Below, in pieces: positions 24,363-27,948 of a DNA stretch of 27,948 bases. Numbering within the stretch: position 1 is the stretch's first letter; each line of letters opens with the position of its first letter. A model generated the notes under the pieces. That model made no database searches. It saw only the letters and a list, made by a program, of their open reading frames with translations, and was not told the origin of the DNA. The position numbers and the translations under genes were made by a program. Origin of the DNA: Candidatus Bathyarchaeia archaeon (GTDB lineage: Archaea; Thermoproteota; Bathyarchaeia; Bathyarchaeales; Bathycorpusculaceae). The stretch spans positions 1-27,948 of the forward strand of contig JBEKWR010000025.1 of assembly GCA_049512935.1 (NCBI GenBank), given 5' to 3'.

Positions 24363-24471
24363 GATTTGACAGGTTTTTCCTGTCTCCTCAGCAGGCGGGC
24401 ACGTGCAAAACGGGATGCGTAACGTAAATAAAGGCACTTTCTCAAACTTAAATTGTGATAGCTGAACGCGC

Positions 24472-25170
24472 ATGAGCAGGAAAACAATTTACTTTCCCCA
24501 CAGCTTCCTCGTCTTCGCATTCCTACTAGTCTTGTTGTTTGTTGTGGTTGCCCTGATTTTTCTGGGGCTCGTCAGCATCGCCTTCTCAAACGTGGGCTTC
24601 ACTCCATTAACGATTTTCCTCCTCTTGATCGGCACGCTCGTTGGGAGCTTCATCAACATTCCAGTGCTTAAGATGCGGACCAAGGTGCCTGTTATGCGCG
24701 AAGAGCAAGTCAGCTGGTACGGCGTAACCTTCAAAATCCCGCAGCTTGAGTACGGACAAGCCATAACGGTGATCGCCGTCAACGTCGGAGGCGCCATTGT
24801 CCCGACAGCCGTCAGCATTTACCTGCTCAGCAGGTCGTCAACCTCGCTGGTCATCCTCAGCCTCATCGGCGTCTTAGCGGTTGCAGCGGTAACCCATGCG
24901 GTTGCCAGACCCATAAAAGGCGTCGGAATAGCCACGCCAGCCTTCCTTCCGCCCATAGCCGCCGCGGTGGTCGCCTTCATCCTTGCCCCAGGAGAGCCAA
25001 GAACAGTTGCGTACGTCGCAGGCACGCTTGGAACGCTCATAGGCGCCGACCTGCTGAACCTCAAGAAAATTCCCAAGCTTGGCACTCCCATGGCAAGCAT
25101 CGGTGGCGCAGGCACGTTCGACGGTGTATTCCTAACTGGAATAATAGCCGTTCTTCTTACCAGGCTGTAA
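24472..25170 (+). CDS. DUF1614 family integral membrane protein
   Basis: GSFINIP, AVNVGGAIVP, ARPIKGVGI, GTLGTLIGADLLNL and ASIGGAGTFDGVFLTGIIAVLL. Confidence 0.9.
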   Translation: MSRKTIYFPHSFLVFAFLLVLLFVVVALIFLGLVSIAFSNVGFTPLTIFLLLIGTLVGSFINIPVLKMRTKVPVMREEQVSWYGVTFKIPQLEYGQAITVIAVNVGGAIVPTAVSIYLLSRSSTSLVILSLIGVLAVAAVTHAVARPIKGVGIATPAFLPPIAAAVVAFILAPGEPRTVAYVAGTLGTLIGADLLNLKKIPKLGTPMASIGGAGTFDGVFLTGIIAVLLTRL

Positions 25171-25361
25171 GGAAAAATGCGCCGTGAACATCGCGATATA
25201 AATCGCCTCTAATGCAACTTTACATCAAGAGCGTTGAAGCCGCCGCTTTCATTAATTCCGATTTGCAGAAGCCTAAAGTTAACCCTTAGGGCAGAATATA
25301 GGCAAACTTTTAATAACAATAAAAGCGGAAATTATGGTAACACAGAAAGGTGGGGGCTAAT

Positions 25362-26312
25362 TTGAAAAAACTCGTCACTGTAATCGTTCTTGCAGCTTTA
25401 GTCTTAGCTGCGTTTACACTCTTGCCGCTGCCAAGCGTAAAAGCGGACTCTTCAGAAGCCAAGGTTCAAAGTTTCAGCTATTTCACTGAACCATCAAGCG
25501 GCGTTTTAGGAAATACAGGCGACATAGTCGTAGTCGGCGAGATACAGAATGTGGGTTCACACATCATCCAGAACGTTACGTTAGGCGGCACCGCGCTCGA
25601 CGCCTCTGGAAACACGCTTGCTACCGCAGAGGGTTACACATTCACGTACCAAACGGCGCCTGGCGACAAAGCTCCTTTCTCCATAGACTTTTCTCCTCAC
25701 AGCAGCACCAGTTCAAACACGAACTGGATGGGTTCACTTTCCAGCTTTAAAGTAACAGTGCTTTCAGTCACTGACACACCTACATCTCCATATACAGGCG
25801 TAGTGGTTCCGACTGAAGGCGGGATTCCTGCCGTTACTGCCTTTAACGACAGTGGCGTCTACGAGGTCGTGGGAACACTTCAAAATAACGGCACGCAGTC
25901 TGTATCTTCCGTTTGGGTTGTAACAACCTTCTACGACGCTGCTGGAACGGTTGTAGACCTAAACTTCACCAGTTTTCTGGTTCCTTACCCGAGCGCTCTT
26001 AGCTCTGGTCAATATACAAGGTGGGAAGCAACCCCCGCGGACAACACGCTTCAGCTGACAAATGAAATAGCTTCATTCAGCTACGCGATTGACACTACTC
26101 TTGCAAACTCTAATCCAAACCAGACTCCAACTCCGACCCCTAAACCCACGGCTGCCCCTTCATCGTTCCCAACAGTGCCAGTAATTATCGTGGTTGTGGT
26201 CGTTGTAGCCGTCGTCGCGGCTTTGATGCTGTTCAGAAGAAGCCAGAAACCTGCAAAAACAGAAGAATCCATGATGCCTCCGCCGCCGCCACCTCCCCCT
26301 CCAACCGCCTAA
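25362..26312 (+). CDS. Surface protein with two FxLYD-like Ig-fold domains, a C-terminal TM and a polyproline tail
   Basis: Signal peptide (..SVKA|D), VVGEIQNVG..GTALDASGNTL and VVGTLQNNG..TTFYDAAGTVV, PT linker, TM and a 9-Pro run. TTG at 25362 with AGGTGG upstream; GTG at 25350 is the alternative. Confidence 0.78.
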   Translation: MKKLVTVIVLAALVLAAFTLLPLPSVKADSSEAKVQSFSYFTEPSSGVLGNTGDIVVVGEIQNVGSHIIQNVTLGGTALDASGNTLATAEGYTFTYQTAPGDKAPFSIDFSPHSSTSSNTNWMGSLSSFKVTVLSVTDTPTSPYTGVVVPTEGGIPAVTAFNDSGVYEVVGTLQNNGTQSVSSVWVVTTFYDAAGTVVDLNFTSFLVPYPSALSSGQYTRWEATPADNTLQLTNEIASFSYAIDTTLANSNPNQTPTPTPKPTAAPSSFPTVPVIIVVVVVVAVVAALMLFRRSQKPAKTEESMMPPPPPPPPPTA

Positions 26313-26524
26313 AAACCGAAACAGCCACACCCAATCACAATCGCTAAGAAAGCCCATACCCCCTTGAAGAAGCCGTTTTGAGGCGCTTTGCCCCCTCATT
26401 TTTAGCCGCCTTGCCTTCCGCGACGGAATCCTCAGCAAATTCGAAATAGCTGAGCCCTTAGCCTTTTAGCTGAGAGATCTTCATTTTCTTGCCTGTCAAA
26501 AATCGCATTGCAAACTTTTTGCGT

Positions 26525-27325
26525 TTATTTTCCGAAACGGCGTTTTCGGTACTGGAAGGTTCGGATGGCTCTCAACAAGTCGATAAGGCGGAAGTCTGGC
26601 CAGTAAACGTCTAAGAAAAGCAGTTCACTGTACGCGGCTTGCCACAGTAGGAACCCGCTTAAACGTTCCTCGCCAGACGTGCGTATGATCATGTCGGGAT
26701 CCTGCTTATCCATGTGCGCAGTGTACAGGTACTTTTCAATCGTGCTCTCGTTCACGTCGGATATCTGCAATTCGCCGTTCTTAACTTTCTCGGCAATCGT
26801 CTTAGCCGCATCCACGATTTCCGCTCTGCCGCCGTATGCGAACGCAAAATTCCAGAAGTAGCGGTCATAAGAATCTGTTGCTTTCTCAACGTCTGAGATG
26901 GCTTTCTGCAAACTTTCAGGCAGAAGATTCACCCTGCCGATGATTTTCACGTGAACCTTGTCCCGATGGACACGCGGGTCATTCAGCAGCTTGCGGAATC
27001 TTTCTTCGGCAATCTGCATGATCTTTTCCACTTCTTCAGATTTCCGTGAGAAATTCTCCGTGGAGAACGTGTAAAGGGTTACGTACTTGACGTCGAGCAG
27101 GTGGGTCCAATCCAAAAGCTGCTCAACTGTGTCAGCGCCTTGCCTGTGACCCCACTTGTCCTCTTTTAGCATAGGGTTACTTTCCTGCCCATTAGCCCAC
27201 CGCCTGTTGCCGTCCAGAATTATAGCGACGTGTTCAGGTTTAACTCCGCCCTTAACCTGCAGCCAAAGCCACCGCTCGTAAACCCTGTACACGCCGATAG
27301 AAGAAAGCATCTTCTTAAGTACCAC
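26525..27325 (-). CDS. uppS: cis-prenyltransferase (polyprenyl/undecaprenyl diphosphate synthase)
   Basis: PEHVAIILDGNRRWA, TLYTFSTENFSR, AYGGRAEI, DPDMIIRTSGEERLSGFLLWQAAYSEL and RRFGK. Confidence 0.97.
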   Translation of the reverse strand: MVLKKMLSSIGVYRVYERWLWLQVKGGVKPEHVAIILDGNRRWANGQESNPMLKEDKWGHRQGADTVEQLLDWTHLLDVKYVTLYTFSTENFSRKSEEVEKIMQIAEERFRKLLNDPRVHRDKVHVKIIGRVNLLPESLQKAISDVEKATDSYDRYFWNFAFAYGGRAEIVDAAKTIAEKVKNGELQISDVNESTIEKYLYTAHMDKQDPDMIIRTSGEERLSGFLLWQAAYSELLFLDVYWPDFRLIDLLRAIRTFQYRKRRFGK

Positions 27326-27418
27326 TAAACGTGACCTCGCATGCTAAACGTTTCTTCAAAGATATTTTCCACAGTTTGCATCATAGTAGAGCCTTTATGC
27401 ATTCAATTAAATCTTGCC

Positions 27419-27948
27419 CTAATCCACGGTTGAATTTTTGGCAAGAATTTGTCCCTTGGTTGTTTCATCCTTGTCGTGTTTTTGAAAGAAGTCTTTGGTT
27501 GAACGGTTAATGATGAAAATCAGCAGCACAGACGCTATGCCTATCAGAATCCCAACCACTATTGTGTAGATGAAAACTGAAAAGATTGGGTTGCTAAGCG
27601 AAGTTATTGCTTCTCCTGATGGATGAGGATTGTAGATTACGTTTGCTAATGCGTCAAGAATCCAGCGGAACCATGCGACAGTAACTATTAACCCCATGTT
27701 GCGCAGCAGTCTTGAGTCTCTTTCGAAGTATAAGCGTACGCTTCGCCCGAAAAGAACGATGATTATTCCTATGACTACCAAATCTTCCATGCCTTCGATG
27801 AAGAACGTAATTATTTTTGGAGTAATATCAACCCAGCCTGCGAAGGTAGAGGGAAACGGCGCGGCGTTAATGTTGACGTTTCCCTCTACCTTCGCAGGCT
27901 GGGTTGATATTACTCCAAAAATAATTACGTTCTTCATCGAAGGCATGG
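27419..27948 (-). CDS. Multi-pass membrane protein, C-terminal part (5' truncated by the window); possibly DUF373 family
   Basis: Open frame to the right edge with 3-4 TM segments. The DUF373 guess rests on its position upstream of uppS, not on a recognised motif. Confidence 0.55.
   Translation of the reverse strand, partial: MPSMKNVIIFGVISTQPAKVEGNVNINAAPFPSTFAGWVDITPKIITFFIEGMEDLVVIGIIIVLFGRSVRLYFERDSRLLRNMGLIVTVAWFRWILDALANVIYNPHPSGEAITSLSNPIFSVFIYTIVVGILIGIASVLLIFIINRSTKDFFQKHDKDETTKGQILAKNSTVD

Noticed and set aside
26313-26524. Possible tRNA or ncRNA in the convergent FxLYD/uppS spacer and other intergenic gaps
   Set aside because: No cloverleaf, TTCGAATC-type T-arm with matching stems, or C/D box pair could be supported by eye. 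A covariance-model search would be needed.

Overview
Archaeal chromosomal window. Gene content, GGTGA/GAGGT ribosome-binding sites and TATA/oligo-T signals suggest a TACK lineage, most likely Bathyarchaeia (inference). Housekeeping genes are glyS, a DUF47 protein, endA, an NDP-sugar synthase, an ESCRT-III/CdvB-like gene, uppS and a partial probable DUF373 gene. They are interspersed with accessory genes: a vapBC toxin-antitoxin pair, a membrane-anchored wHTH regulator with a secreted beta-propeller protein, a PEF-CTERM-like surface protein, a 1446-aa Fe-S RecB-type nuclease / RNase H-like / SF1 helicase fusion, two paralogous glycoside-hydrolase-like surface proteins, YbhB/YbcL, an ABC exporter pair, OsmC, an HhH-GPD-like protein, DUF1614 and an FxLYD protein with a polyproline tail. 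Two credible genes are missing from the supplied ORF track: a partial PQQ-like beta-propeller surface protein (<1..1855, -) and a 48-aa zinc-ribbon microprotein (8563..8709, +). No rRNA, tRNA, CRISPR array, transposase or integrase was recognised. The best leads are the Dna2-like nuclease-helicase, the membrane wHTH + beta-propeller module with a shared TTAGAA/TTCTAA palindrome, the CTAA..TTAG/TTGACTAA palindromes around the 11.5-12.7 kb segment, and the uncharacterised GH-A-like paralog pair.
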